A DNA stretch of 64,000 bases, from the IMG/VR virus record IMGVR_UViG_3300028591_000111; one strand, given 5' to 3'. Made by a program: the position numbers and the translations under genes. Numbering within the stretch: the stretch's first letter is position 1; each line of letters starts with the position of its first letter. The notes under the pieces were generated by a model, which had not been told where the DNA came from, made no database searches, and saw only the letters and a program-made list of their open reading frames with translations. Shown one piece after another: positions 1-9,772 of the stretch. The stretch is from an uncultured virus (IMG/VR IMGVR_UViG_3300028591_000111) (lineage: Duplodnaviria > Heunggongvirae > Uroviricota > Caudoviricetes).

Positions 1-247
1 ACCAAACTTTCTATCTAAACAAATAGTGTCTTATATCATCATTTACCGCTGACAACAGCAACCAAACTTTCTATCTAAACAAATAGTGTCTTATATCATC
101 ATTTACCGCTGACAACAGCAACCAAACTTTCTATCTAAACAAATAGTGTCTTATATCATCATTTACCGCTGACAACAGCAACCAAACTTTCTATCTAAAC
201 AAATAGTGTCTTATATCATCATTTACCGCTGACAACAGCAACCAAAC
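1..247 (+). repeat. Perfect 60-bp tandem repeat (4 full copies + 7 bp; may extend left of the window); each unit contains TTTCTATCTA
   Basis: Lines 1, 61, 121 and 181 are identical; the array ends 15 bp before the ATG at 263. Confidence 0.97.
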
Positions 248-262
248 AATAAGGGATATACC

Positions 263-1306
263 ATGATTAGATTCAAAAAAGATAGTAGATTTAATAGACA
301 TTCAAACATTCTTGAACGCTCAAACAAAAAAGAATTTCTCGGATTCGGAAAAAAGAAAGCAAAAGACACCACACTTGATTGGAGCAAAGCTTCAAAAATT
401 ATTGAAGCTGAATTGCAGAATTATATAAAAAGATATTCTGACATTGATTGGTATCCTAAAAAACCTAAAGTCAGAGAAGACTACCTTACTATATCATCTA
501 TGACAGGCACAACTCTTCAAATAGTTAAAAGTGGTGGTGTCATTGTTTATTCACACGATCTGCCAAACAAAAATTTTGACTGGTCAATCGAAGATGGCAA
601 AGTAAAAGGTCTTGCAAAGGCTTTTGATGTTTTCAGGGCTATGGATAAAAAACAAGGCGAGATTAACGCAGAAAAAAATAAAAAATATCACAAAGAATCA
701 CTGTCAAGAAAACGCCATTTTGAAAGCAGAAAGCGTCGTATGTTTAAAGAAGGCGCTGGCGCTGGTGTACTAATTCAAGTCCCACATATTGAAGGTGAAA
801 TAGTTTCAGTAGAAAAAGACACGAAGAATGATGGTTGCATTCTTGTAACACTCAAAAATGCTAAAATGGAAGATTGTACATTAAGCACATATTATAATTC
901 AAGCGAATGGGAACGTGACTTTACAAACGGAAACGTTGTTCTATATATAGCGTTAGATGAAGTTTATGAAAATGGTGAAGAAATAACTACTGATGAAATT
1001 ATTAATGATATTGAATTATATAACTGGAAACATGACGACATTACAATAAGTCACGGTGGTGGATACGTTCACAATTCATTAGAAGGTGAATGTCATGGTG
1101 ATGTGTTTGACGGCATTGTTTATGAATGGAGATATAATCACCGTCCAGAAGTTGTTCTTAAATCAAAAGGTACATATTACTATTATGGAACTTTAGAAGA
1201 AATTGATTTCGATTTTGATAGCCAAATCGAAGAATATTACGAAGAATCCGAATCTGATTGGATGAATGATGAAAATGACGATCTTGTTGATGATGATGAA
1301 ATTTAA
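263..1306 (+). CDS. Hypothetical protein, MIRR-leader family (putative virion internal protein), with acidic C-terminus
   Basis: ORF 347 aa; starts MIRFKKDSRF; internal RKRHFESRKRRMFKE; AAGGGA RBS. Confidence 0.75.
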   Translation: MIRFKKDSRFNRHSNILERSNKKEFLGFGKKKAKDTTLDWSKASKIIEAELQNYIKRYSDIDWYPKKPKVREDYLTISSMTGTTLQIVKSGGVIVYSHDLPNKNFDWSIEDGKVKGLAKAFDVFRAMDKKQGEINAEKNKKYHKESLSRKRHFESRKRRMFKEGAGAGVLIQVPHIEGEIVSVEKDTKNDGCILVTLKNAKMEDCTLSTYYNSSEWERDFTNGNVVLYIALDEVYENGEEITTDEIINDIELYNWKHDDITISHGGGYVHNSLEGECHGDVFDGIVYEWRYNHRPEVVLKSKGTYYYYGTLEEIDFDFDSQIEEYYEESESDWMNDENDDLVDDDEI

Positions 1307-1329
1307 TCTTTTTCGTCATTAAACACATT

Positions 1330-1359
1330 AAGGCATGGATTAATCCATGCCTTTTTTTT
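1330..1359 (+). terminator. Intrinsic terminator
   Basis: aggcatggat-ta-atccatgcct followed by a T-tract. Confidence 0.85.
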
Positions 1360-1380
1360 GCTTTCTGAAATTTCAAATAA

Positions 1381-1989
1381 ATGCTATCATCACATGCTTT
1401 TGTCGAACAACATCCACATAAAACAACGGAAATCAATATGCGAAACAAAATGCAATGCACGCTCGACAGACAAACAGACACATTCACTGCATCCCAAAGC
1501 ATTGAACAAACGACGGCGACATCCAGACATTACACACAAACAAAGTCATCACCAAACAATTACAGACTTTGTGGTGACGAGTGCGTAATATGTCATCACA
1601 TCGGTAAAAACCAAAGATACGCAGTCATCGAATCATTCCACGCTCATGCACTCAAACAAATAGGCAACGACCTCTTTGCTGTCACTTTCAGTCATAATCT
1701 TAGCAAAAAGCATGTCGTCGTCGTCGATGTCAGAACAAACAAACAAGTCTGGCTATGCTCATTCGCCGCAGCACTGTACTACATGTCAACAAAGACAGAC
1801 AAAAAATTCCTGCGAATCCATTGCAAAAAATACGCATACCAACTCTGCGACATCACCGATAAAAAATGTCAATTTTTTATTGACATCACTTTCCCATTGT
1901 GCTACACAGGTTTTCAGATACACACAATGTCGTGTGTGTCTCTCGGAAAACAAACATGCAATCAATGGAGAATGCACCATGACAACTAG
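1381..1989 (+). CDS. Hypothetical protein (start uncertain; 3' part overlaps a promoter)
   Basis: ORF 202 aa, no recognised motif. Confidence 0.35.
   Translation: MLSSHAFVEQHPHKTTEINMRNKMQCTLDRQTDTFTASQSIEQTTATSRHYTQTKSSPNNYRLCGDECVICHHIGKNQRYAVIESFHAHALKQIGNDLFAVTFSHNLSKKHVVVVDVRTNKQVWLCSFAAALYYMSTKTDKKFLRIHCKKYAYQLCDITDKKCQFFIDITFPLCYTGFQIHTMSCVSLGKQTCNQWRMHHDN
1867..1937 (+). promoter_or_regulatory. Sigma70-like early promoter with TGTCAA/TTGACA palindrome and leader hairpin (one of about 6 copies)
   Basis: TGTCAA-N7-TTGACA, then TGCTACAC (extended -10), then ACACAC-AATGTC-GTGTGT. Confidence 0.75.
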
Positions 1990-2440
1990 CAAAGAGATCA
2001 AAATCAGTCGCATCGTTAGACACAACACATCTTGCGGTCAAAGCGTTGAAGCCGCAACGAAATATGCAGAAGATCTGCTCAAGAAATACGACAAAGACAC
2101 TGCATCCCTCATCATAAGATTCCGTGATGATTTCGGAAAAGAAGACATTTTCCTTCTCGAAAACTTTTCTTGCGCCGTTGAATTTTATGGATGGAATAAA
2201 AAAGAAAGTGAGCAATTCGTCACAGATTTCGTCGAAAAAGCTTACCAGCAGGGACGTATTGACGTTGACAATTACTTTGGCGATGTTGAATACGCAAAAA
2301 GACTAACCCGTTCCAAAGTGCAATACGTCCTGCTCGACAGCACAGATCCATTCTATAACTCGATTTGGGGGCAAATTCCAACCGATGTCGCCGAGAAGTG
2401 CTGCGACAAAGTTAAGGCTCGTATTGCAATCGGCATGTAA
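1979..2440 (+). CDS. Hypothetical early protein
   Basis: GGAG RBS before the ATG at 1979 (MTTSKEI), inside ORF 1676..2440. Confidence 0.75.
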   Translation: MTTSKEIKISRIVRHNTSCGQSVEAATKYAEDLLKKYDKDTASLIIRFRDDFGKEDIFLLENFSCAVEFYGWNKKESEQFVTDFVEKAYQQGRIDVDNYFGDVEYAKRLTRSKVQYVLLDSTDPFYNSIWGQIPTDVAEKCCDKVKARIAIGM

Positions 2441-2483
2441 TCACAGAAACACAAACACACAGCAACTATAAGGAGAACAAACA

Positions 2484-2771
2484 ATGATGCAGACAACGAC
2501 TATTAAATGCTTTGGATGGAATCAGCACTTCGATGGCAAATACACTCGCATTGACGACGATTTTGTTACTGAAATCGAGTTTAAACACAAATATGGCATG
2601 GATGACGAACACCTCGCCAAAAAAGCATGGCAGTTCGCCTACAATGAAATAACTGAATGGGACGACGAAAACTGGATTGACACCAAGGTTTTGTCTCGCA
2701 TCTCTCTTTGTGGAGAACATGGTGAATTTGAAGTGGACTCAATTCACCAATATCCAAGCTATGTTGACTAA
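2484..2771 (+). CDS. Hypothetical early protein
   Basis: AAGGAG RBS, 95 aa. Confidence 0.75.
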   Translation: MMQTTTIKCFGWNQHFDGKYTRIDDDFVTEIEFKHKYGMDDEHLAKKAWQFAYNEITEWDDENWIDTKVLSRISLCGEHGEFEVDSIHQYPSYVD

Positions 2772-2792
2772 TTGGTATTCGGAGGTAGCATC

Positions 2793-3215
2793 ATGGAGAT
2801 AAAATTTTCAAGTGAAGATAAGTTCATAAAAGAAGATGCAGCGACAAGACGCAAGAAGCATTATGTCAATGTGAATGCTTTTATCGGAGATAAAAATGTC
2901 GCTCATGCTACGTTTGAGTATTTCACAGAAACAGATAATGGTGAAGACACAATCATCTGTGAAGACGGTTTGTGTGAAGCCTATATGAGTATCCTTTATG
3001 TTGAAAAGGAATATCGTGGACAAGGCATAGGAACGGTTTTATTGCATCATTGCATTAAGATGTGTGATGACTTATGTCTTAGAAGTTGTGTTGTGTTAGC
3101 ACCTGATAATATTAGGGCAAAAACATGGTATAAATCCATCGGTAATGAAATATCGGATGACATCAATTGGTCACATGTTGATCAGGGATATGGTGTATTT
3201 CGAGTATTTTTATGA
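2793..3215 (+). CDS. GNAT-family acetyltransferase
   Basis: LYVEKEYRGQGIGTVLL acetyl-CoA motif A and N..A..WY motif; GGAGG RBS. Confidence 0.85.
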   Translation: MEIKFSSEDKFIKEDAATRRKKHYVNVNAFIGDKNVAHATFEYFTETDNGEDTIICEDGLCEAYMSILYVEKEYRGQGIGTVLLHHCIKMCDDLCLRSCVVLAPDNIRAKTWYKSIGNEISDDINWSHVDQGYGVFRVFL

Positions 3216-3298
3216 CACAGAGCTTGAACGGTGATAGCTAGGTTGCTATCGCATTAACAAAATCTTGCACGACGCATGATTAACCTAGGAGAATGTAA

Positions 3299-3383
3299 CA
3301 AGGTTTTGTCTCGCATCTCTTTTTGTGGCGAACATGGCAAATTCGAGGTGGATTCAATTCTCCAATATCCAAGCTATGTTGAC
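3299..3383 (+). repeat. Imperfect 85-bp direct repeat of 2684-2768, flanking the GNAT gene
   Basis: caaggttttgtctcgcatctc...ccaatatccaagctatgttgac present twice. Confidence 0.9.
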
Positions 3384-3390
3384 CAATTTG

Positions 3391-3469
3391 TGTCAAAATT
3401 TATTGACATGTAATGATCAACATGCTATAACCGAAGCATAATCCTGACTGCAATGTCGCCGTCAGGATT
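3391..3469 (+). promoter_or_regulatory. Early promoter + AAUGUC leader hairpin
   Basis: TGTCAA-N6-TTGACA...TGCTATAA; aatcctgactgc-aatgtc-gccgtcaggatt. Confidence 0.75.
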
Positions 3470-3500
3470 CTTAAACTCTCAATCGCAATGAGGTATCGCG

Positions 3501-3953
3501 ATGAAAAAAAATCAGAAAATGTCAGTCATTCGTTTCGCCACAATCCAGCTCGCAAATGGTGACAAAATCCGAGCTTTCCACCAAAGCAACGAGATGTGCG
3601 AAATGCACTCTTTCCAGACTTGTGACCAACTCGTTTACAACGATAAGTGGATCATCGGATACTCACACAAGACAACAAAAGAACAGCTCTCAGACGAATC
3701 AGCAGAAGAAATCGCAAATGATATCGCCTACTACTATCGCAAAGACACCAATGAAAAAGTTTCCTGCATCATCATCAACGACGACTACATGGCAATCAAA
3801 CGCAACGGAGATTTTGATGAGGATAACACACTGTCTCGATTCTTTTACTTTCACGTCGGCGATGATGGCTATGTCCAGTCTTACACAAAGAGCGAGACAG
3901 ACAAATGCCGTTATCTTGCACCTATCCAGCACAGCTTAGTACTTGGAATTTAG
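3501..3953 (+). CDS. Hypothetical early protein
   Basis: GAGG RBS, 150 aa, followed by a terminator (about 3976-4003). Confidence 0.75.
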   Translation: MKKNQKMSVIRFATIQLANGDKIRAFHQSNEMCEMHSFQTCDQLVYNDKWIIGYSHKTTKEQLSDESAEEIANDIAYYYRKDTNEKVSCIIINDDYMAIKRNGDFDEDNTLSRFFYFHVGDDGYVQSYTKSETDKCRYLAPIQHSLVLGI

Positions 3954-4099
3954 CCAACAAATATCAGAACGATCTGCCTACCGAATCAGGTAGGCTTTTT
4001 TTTGTCTTCAAAAACCTCAAAAATTTGACACGTTTTCCACCCGTGATAAAAGCACAGTCACACCGCAATCATGCGGCATCTATCACAGGAGATTTCACA

Positions 4100-4369
4100 A
4101 TGAACGGAACAAACGGTTACTCACTCTTTAACGAATCATCCAGAATGCAGGCAGCAAACAACGACTGGCAGAGCAAATATCTCATCACAGTCAACGCTGT
4201 CGGCGAACACGGCAATGTCACTCTATCCTTCAATCACGACAAATTCACGGATGCACTTGCTCATCTCTATCAGCTAAGACAAGTCAATCGGTCTGACAAT
4301 CCATTTCACATCGCAATTTACCAGCGTTCAAATGGCGCGATCATTAAGAACTGTCAGTGTTTCCAGTAG
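4100..4369 (+). CDS. Hypothetical early protein
   Basis: AGGAG RBS before the ATG at 4100. Confidence 0.7.
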   Translation: MNGTNGYSLFNESSRMQAANNDWQSKYLITVNAVGEHGNVTLSFNHDKFTDALAHLYQLRQVNRSDNPFHIAIYQRSNGAIIKNCQCFQ

Positions 4370-4390
4370 CTCACAAAAAAAAAGCACAAA

Positions 4391-4467
4391 TGTCAATTTT
4401 TTGTTTGACACTAATTCAGACATGTGCTAAGTAACACTCATAAAGCGGTTGCAACGTCGTAACCGCT
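4391..4467 (+). promoter_or_regulatory. Early promoter + AACGUC leader hairpin
   Basis: TGTCAA-N8-TTGACA...TGCTAAG; agcggttgc-aacgtc-gtaaccgct. Confidence 0.75.
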
Positions 4468-4489
4468 ACCGTTTAGGGAGGATCAGAAC

Positions 4490-4921
4490 ATGGCAGCAAT
4501 GACGTTTGAACAGTTCAAGAAAATCATTAAACTCGCAGAAGCTCTCACTGACATACAGTATTATGTCACCACAAAAAGCGACATCCTTGACTATTGCAAA
4601 GAGTTTTTCGACGAAACAGTCATCTATACAGAAGATGATCATTTCTACGCCATTCTTGCCAATGGCAAACACGCCGACAAAGAATGCGACACCTGCAAAT
4701 TTAGCGATCTGCGCAGTGCTTACAAAATCACATACACAAGCGACTTTGGAACTGTCTGGTATTTCTCACCAGCCGCAAAAAGAGACAGCCAGCTTCTCGA
4801 CGATGAAATTTCAGCAGAAATCATGTGGTCACTTGACAATTACATTGACATCGAAAAAGAAAGAGACTACTCGGCAGAAGAACTCATTCCAATGCTCGAA
4901 GCCGCACTCAAAGAAAAATAA
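4490..4921 (+). CDS. Hypothetical early protein
   Basis: GGAGG RBS, 143 aa. Confidence 0.75.
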   Translation: MAAMTFEQFKKIIKLAEALTDIQYYVTTKSDILDYCKEFFDETVIYTEDDHFYAILANGKHADKECDTCKFSDLRSAYKITYTSDFGTVWYFSPAAKRDSQLLDDEISAEIMWSLDNYIDIEKERDYSAEELIPMLEAALKEK

Positions 4922-4926
4922 AAGAA

Positions 4927-5002
4927 TGTCAATTTTTATTTGACATATTAAAAGTCTTGTGTTACACAATACGCATAAAGCACCTGCAATGTCGCAGGTG
5001 CT
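4927..5002 (+). promoter_or_regulatory. Early promoter + AAUGUC leader hairpin
   Basis: TGTCAA-N7-TTGACA...TGTTACAC; agcacctgc-aatgtc-gcaggtgct. Confidence 0.75.
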
Positions 5003-5020
5003 TGCAGAGGAGATAAAACA

Positions 5021-5344
5021 ATGAAACACTTTTTTAGCAAAATCAGCGAATCCGAAGCCACCGTCACCGCCACCCTCAATTCCTGCGACTTTGCTGCTCA
5101 ACCTTTTTCAAACGGAAAAAGCGGCAAACACATGCTCGAAGTCATGGGCTATCATGTCTGCTCGCTCAAAGGTGAAGAACTGTCTGGACGAGGTATTAAA
5201 GTCGCCCTCATGGAACGAAATCCGCTCACGAATGAATATGTCAGGGGTTACAGCCTCACACCTTCCGCTTACAAAAAGCTCTGTGAAACTCGCAATGTTG
5301 CCGAGAATAAAGATGCTCACTGGGACGGCATGATCGTTCGCTAA
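5021..5344 (+). CDS. Hypothetical early protein
   Basis: AGGAG RBS, 107 aa. Confidence 0.75.
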   Translation: MKHFFSKISESEATVTATLNSCDFAAQPFSNGKSGKHMLEVMGYHVCSLKGEELSGRGIKVALMERNPLTNEYVRGYSLTPSAYKKLCETRNVAENKDAHWDGMIVR

Positions 5345-5358
5345 AAAATCGACACAGA

Positions 5359-5435
5359 TGTCAATTTTTTATTTGACACACCCAAAACCATATGCTACAC
5401 CATACTCATAAAGCGACCACAACGTCGTGGCCGCT
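5359..5435 (+). promoter_or_regulatory. Early promoter + AACGUC leader hairpin
   Basis: TGTCAA-N8-TTGACA...TGCTACAC; agcgaccac-aacgtc-gtggccgct. Confidence 0.75.
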
Positions 5436-5454
5436 AACTAAAGGAGATAACACT

Positions 5455-5691
5455 ATGAAACGACCACGCGACCTAAGAGAATATGCTAATCGCAAATACA
5501 AGCAATATGCCATCACAGAAGCAAAGCGCGGAGATGCAAAACGTATTAGCCATGATAAAATCAATCATGACATGCTCTTTAATGGATTCGATCTTATCGA
5601 AGGTAAACCCTTTGTCCGTTATAGACTTTATGAGAAAGATTATATCGTGGAAATCACTGCAAATGATTGGACGATGGTCAAAGATTTCTAA
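5455..5691 (+). CDS. Hypothetical early protein
   Basis: AAGGAG RBS before the ATG at 5455. Confidence 0.7.
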   Translation: MKRPRDLREYANRKYKQYAITEAKRGDAKRISHDKINHDMLFNGFDLIEGKPFVRYRLYEKDYIVEITANDWTMVKDF

Positions 5692-5745
5692 TGTGTATGC
5701 AAGCGGTCACAACGTCGTGACCGCTAACTAAAGGAGATAAAGGTT

Positions 5746-7110
5746 ATGGCAACTTACACATTTCTCACAAGCTCAGTCAAGGAAGTCACCCGCAAGATCA
5801 ATCGCATCATCAACAAATGCAAAAAGCAGGGCATCCCTTATACGTTCAATGTCAGTGATGCTTACGACAAGATCATTGAGGATAAAGAGAATAAAAACCA
5901 TTTCTCAGTCAATGTCACGGACATCGAAATTGACGTGCATTTTAAATTCAATGGCTGGACTTCGCTCGGCGCTGTCACTCGCAAAGACGGTATCGTTCAG
6001 TGCTTTTTTAAAGACGCTAATCTCATTAAGCAGTATAAAGACACCGATTTTCACTGCGACCATTGCAAGCGTCATGCACACAGAAATTCAGTTGTCATTC
6101 TTGAGCATGAGAATGGCGAACGCAAAATCGTTGGCACTTCATGCGTAAACGAATTCACACACGGACTCGACGGAAACCTCATCGCACTCTTTAACGATCT
6201 TGACACTTTCCTTGCTAAGAAAGATGCTGAACTCGGAATCCTGCTCCAAGGTGAATCTCTCGACGACATGCCAATCAGCGTTTTCTGCGAACACAACGGC
6301 ATCCCCATGTACGACGTAGAAGAAGTCGTTGCTTGCGCTTCTCGCTTAATCCGCATCAACGGATACGAAAATTCAAGCAGCGATGAAGCTACATGGAAAT
6401 TCATTAGCTCAATCTACAACGAGAAATCCGTTGCCGAAGATAAAGATGCACATGAAGAAGCCAAACGTGCAATTGCATGGATCTCCAACATGACCGAAGA
6501 AGAATACACATCTTCAAGCTACCTCTTCAATCTGCATCAAATAATCGACGCTGGGCAATGCTCAATGCGTCATTTCGGCATCCTCGTATCAATTATCCCC
6601 TCTTATCAAAAAAGCGAATACAAGCGAATTATGGCCGAAAAACCAGTCAGCAATTTCTACGGAAACGTCGGCGATAAATTCTCACTCAATCTTGTTTACA
6701 TGAAATCAATTTCTTATGATTCACAATTTGGCACTGGCTATTTTCATTTCTTTACTGACGACAACGGTAACATCTTTAAATGGTCAACAGACAGAGGCAT
6801 CGCGTATGAAGTTAGATACACAACGTCTGATGGCATTGAACACAACAGAGGGATAAGACAAGCTGACCAAGGATCAATCGTTAAGATTTCTGGCCGCATT
6901 AAAGACCATAACGAATATCACGGAGAAAAACAAACTGTCATCACGCGCTGCAAATATGAAGTGATTAAATCACGAAAAATGGACTTAGACATCTTCACCG
7001 AAAAATCTGAATATGAAAGTTGGCTAAAAAGAAAAGATGAACAGCATCCAGTCGATAAGGCTTTAGATTGCATGGAAATGTGGGCACAATACAGAGAAAA
7101 ATATTGCTAG
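5746..7110 (+). CDS. Phage protein with Zn-binding CxHC motif and probable C-terminal OB-fold
   Basis: CDHC...VGTSC; C-terminal GNVGDK...FKWST...GRIKDHNEYHGEKQTVITR pattern; leader hairpin at 5702-5725. Confidence 0.7.
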   Translation: MATYTFLTSSVKEVTRKINRIINKCKKQGIPYTFNVSDAYDKIIEDKENKNHFSVNVTDIEIDVHFKFNGWTSLGAVTRKDGIVQCFFKDANLIKQYKDTDFHCDHCKRHAHRNSVVILEHENGERKIVGTSCVNEFTHGLDGNLIALFNDLDTFLAKKDAELGILLQGESLDDMPISVFCEHNGIPMYDVEEVVACASRLIRINGYENSSSDEATWKFISSIYNEKSVAEDKDAHEEAKRAIAWISNMTEEEYTSSSYLFNLHQIIDAGQCSMRHFGILVSIIPSYQKSEYKRIMAEKPVSNFYGNVGDKFSLNLVYMKSISYDSQFGTGYFHFFTDDNGNIFKWSTDRGIAYEVRYTTSDGIEHNRGIRQADQGSIVKISGRIKDHNEYHGEKQTVITRCKYEVIKSRKMDLDIFTEKSEYESWLKRKDEQHPVDKALDCMEMWAQYREKYC

Positions 7111-7178
7111 GCAACTCGACATCATGCCACGGGGGAATCATCCCCCGTTGGTTAAACACGCAGCACAACGGATTAATC

Positions 7179-7487
7179 ATGACAAAGATAAAAGCAACAA
7201 ACAACGAAGCCAGAAAGCAATCACAATATTCATTCAGCTTTCCAGAAATCGACGAAATGCTGAAAGAAATCGGTTGCCCATACTCAGTATCAAAACACTT
7301 GCTCGGTGGATGGAATAACGTCATAGGCATCGCAATGACTGGACATCCAATTGTCGATATGATAGCATTATCTGAATGGATCGAAGCTGTTCACCCAGAA
7401 GCAAAAGAGATGTCACTAAACGAATGGCTACAACAGAACAGCAAGCACCCAATCGACAAATGGAAATTTTATCTAGGCGTTGAATAA
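7179..7487 (+). CDS. Hypothetical protein
   Basis: ORF 7068..7487; probable start MTKIK. Confidence 0.6.
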   Translation: MTKIKATNNEARKQSQYSFSFPEIDEMLKEIGCPYSVSKHLLGGWNNVIGIAMTGHPIVDMIALSEWIEAVHPEAKEMSLNEWLQQNSKHPIDKWKFYLGVE

Positions 7488-7581
7488 CCACAAAAATCAT
7501 AAACAATAAATTATTCGGTTCGCTAAGTCGCGAGCCTGCATACATAACGGTTTGGCAGGTAGTCAAACAACGGAGATCATC

Positions 7582-8199
7582 ATGCACAACGAAGCACTTG
7601 AAAAAGCTGGTCATTCTTTCTTTTTTATCACTGAATTTTCGGAATTTCTCAACGCAGCAGAAATGACAATGCAAGACTTGTGTGATTTCACGACACACAT
7701 TTTCGCTTTCGCAGCGTCAACTTACAACGGCGTTGACTACTACCGTAACAATTACAGATTGAACGATGTTATGCAAATCACTTGCTATTATCACGTCTCT
7801 GACTGCATCCAGCACTCAATCAAAAGCTGCCTCGAATGTGTCGAACGAATGAACGATGAATTTGCAGAAACCAAAAATAAAAAGAAAAAATTTAGCCAGC
7901 CTGTTTTCACTTTCACACCACCAGACAAAGAGATCGATGAAAACGACTGCGTTTACGACATCCTTAAACACGTCTCAGAAGATTATTATTATGAGAAATA
8001 CAAGGGCATCTACGATGAGAATGACGACGACACATCAGGCGGCGAAAATGCCGAAGAAAACAAACCACTCGAAAATATCAACGACATAAACATCTCATAC
8101 GAAGAACAAATGGATTATGTCAGACTGCTTGCAGATTTGCTGTCTCAGGCACTCTACGCGCTACGACTGCTCGACGAGTGCTACGAAATACCATTCTAA
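7582..8199 (+). CDS. Hypothetical protein
   Basis: GGAG RBS before MHNEA. Confidence 0.7.
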   Translation: MHNEALEKAGHSFFFITEFSEFLNAAEMTMQDLCDFTTHIFAFAASTYNGVDYYRNNYRLNDVMQITCYYHVSDCIQHSIKSCLECVERMNDEFAETKNKKKKFSQPVFTFTPPDKEIDENDCVYDILKHVSEDYYYEKYKGIYDENDDDTSGGENAEENKPLENINDINISYEEQMDYVRLLADLLSQALYALRLLDECYEIPF

Positions 8200-8240
8200 A
8201 TATTCAACTCAAAACCACTTCACACGCAGGAGAACACACC

Positions 8241-8537
8241 ATGTATTTTAAGCAGAATTATGAAATCCACGACTTATTAAATCTTCTTTGGTCTGGGGCT
8301 AAAGATCGCTGGGACGACGCAACAGACGAACAACGGCAACAAGTCTGGGAACGCATAGAAGAATTTTTTTATGACAGCGAAAATAATCCGCCGACGACGA
8401 CAGAAATAAATGATATTATCTGGTTTGAGTGCGACGATATCTTTTTTCCAAACGAAAACGATGACGACGACGATGATGATTATGATGATGAAGAACTCGA
8501 CGACGAAGATGACGACAACGACGAAACAGATGAATAG
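8241..8537 (+). CDS. Small acidic protein with D/E-rich tail
   Basis: AGGAG RBS; WSGA...PT..EIND..WF; poly-D tail. Confidence 0.7.
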   Translation: MYFKQNYEIHDLLNLLWSGAKDRWDDATDEQRQQVWERIEEFFYDSENNPPTTTEINDIIWFECDDIFFPNENDDDDDDDYDDEELDDEDDDNDETDE

Positions 8538-8555
8538 ACAAACAAAGGAAAGCCC

Positions 8556-9758
8556 ATGAAGACTGTAAACGGAAAATATTGTTCTGCGATAATCTACACA
8601 AATATTGTTGATGACAGCAGCATCGAACAAGTTAAATTACTATGCGACCAGCCTTTCACAGAAGGATCAATCATCCGAATGATGCCTGACATCCATGCTG
8701 GCGCTGGTTGCACTATCGGAACGACAATGACTCTTACTGACAAGATCGTTCCAAATCTCGTTGGAGTCGATATATCCTGCGGAATTTTAGCCGTCCAACT
8801 CGAACAAACACAAATCGACTACCAACAGCTTGACAGCATCATACATACTCATATTCCGCACGGAATGAATGTAAGAGAATCACCACACGAATTCGTCAAT
8901 GAAATTCCGATTGAAGAATTAAAATGTTTTCGTGAAGTCAATGATAAACGTGCAACTTTATCTGTTGGAACGCTCGGCGGCGGAAATCATTTCATCGAAA
9001 TAGACAGAGATGAATCAAATAAACTATGGCTGGTCATCCATTCTGGCAGCAGAAACCTAGGGCTTCAAGTCGCAAAGTATTATCAGAATCTCGCCATAAA
9101 CAACCTCAAACACCCTCAGATTCCAGACATTAAAAGCATCATTGAAAAAATGAAAGCAAATGGAGAACAACAAAAGATCCAACAAACATTAGAAAAATTA
9201 AAAAAAGAATTTGCAACTGACATCCCGAATGATCTTGCTTATCTGCAAGGTGAAAACTATAACGACTATTTGCATGATATGAAAATCATGCAGATATATG
9301 CAGATAAAAACAGACATGCGATGGCAGATGTAATCATAAAGCAAATGAACTTAAACGTCGCAAACGCGTTTACGACAACTCATAATTATATCGACATAGA
9401 ACACAAAATTCTTCGCAAGGGCGCTGTCTCCGCACGATTAAACGAAACGCTCATTATACCTATCAACATGCGAGATGGCAGCCTTATTTGCAAGGGCAAA
9501 GGAAATGACAACTGGAATCAATCTGCACCGCATGGCGCTGGCCGTCTCTTTTCTCGCTCACAAGCTAAACGACTTTTCTCTCTAAACGAGTTCGCAACTG
9601 AAATGCAAGGCATTTATACAACGTCTGTAAACGAAGATACGCTTGACGAATGCCCAATGGCATATAAGAGCATCTCAGATATTGTTGACAATATATCGCC
9701 GACAGTTGATGTACTTCAAATTATTAAGCCTGAATACAATTTCAAAGCATCTGAATAA
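8556..9758 (+). CDS. rtcB: RtcB-family RNA ligase
   Basis: MPDIHAGAGCTIG, VGVDISCG, GTLGGGNHFIE, HSGSR, HNYID, RKGA, SAPHGAGR, DECPMAYK motifs. Confidence 0.95.
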   Translation: MKTVNGKYCSAIIYTNIVDDSSIEQVKLLCDQPFTEGSIIRMMPDIHAGAGCTIGTTMTLTDKIVPNLVGVDISCGILAVQLEQTQIDYQQLDSIIHTHIPHGMNVRESPHEFVNEIPIEELKCFREVNDKRATLSVGTLGGGNHFIEIDRDESNKLWLVIHSGSRNLGLQVAKYYQNLAINNLKHPQIPDIKSIIEKMKANGEQQKIQQTLEKLKKEFATDIPNDLAYLQGENYNDYLHDMKIMQIYADKNRHAMADVIIKQMNLNVANAFTTTHNYIDIEHKILRKGAVSARLNETLIIPINMRDGSLICKGKGNDNWNQSAPHGAGRLFSRSQAKRLFSLNEFATEMQGIYTTSVNEDTLDECPMAYKSISDIVDNISPTVDVLQIIKPEYNFKASE

Positions 9759-9772
9759 GCAAGGAAAAACTC

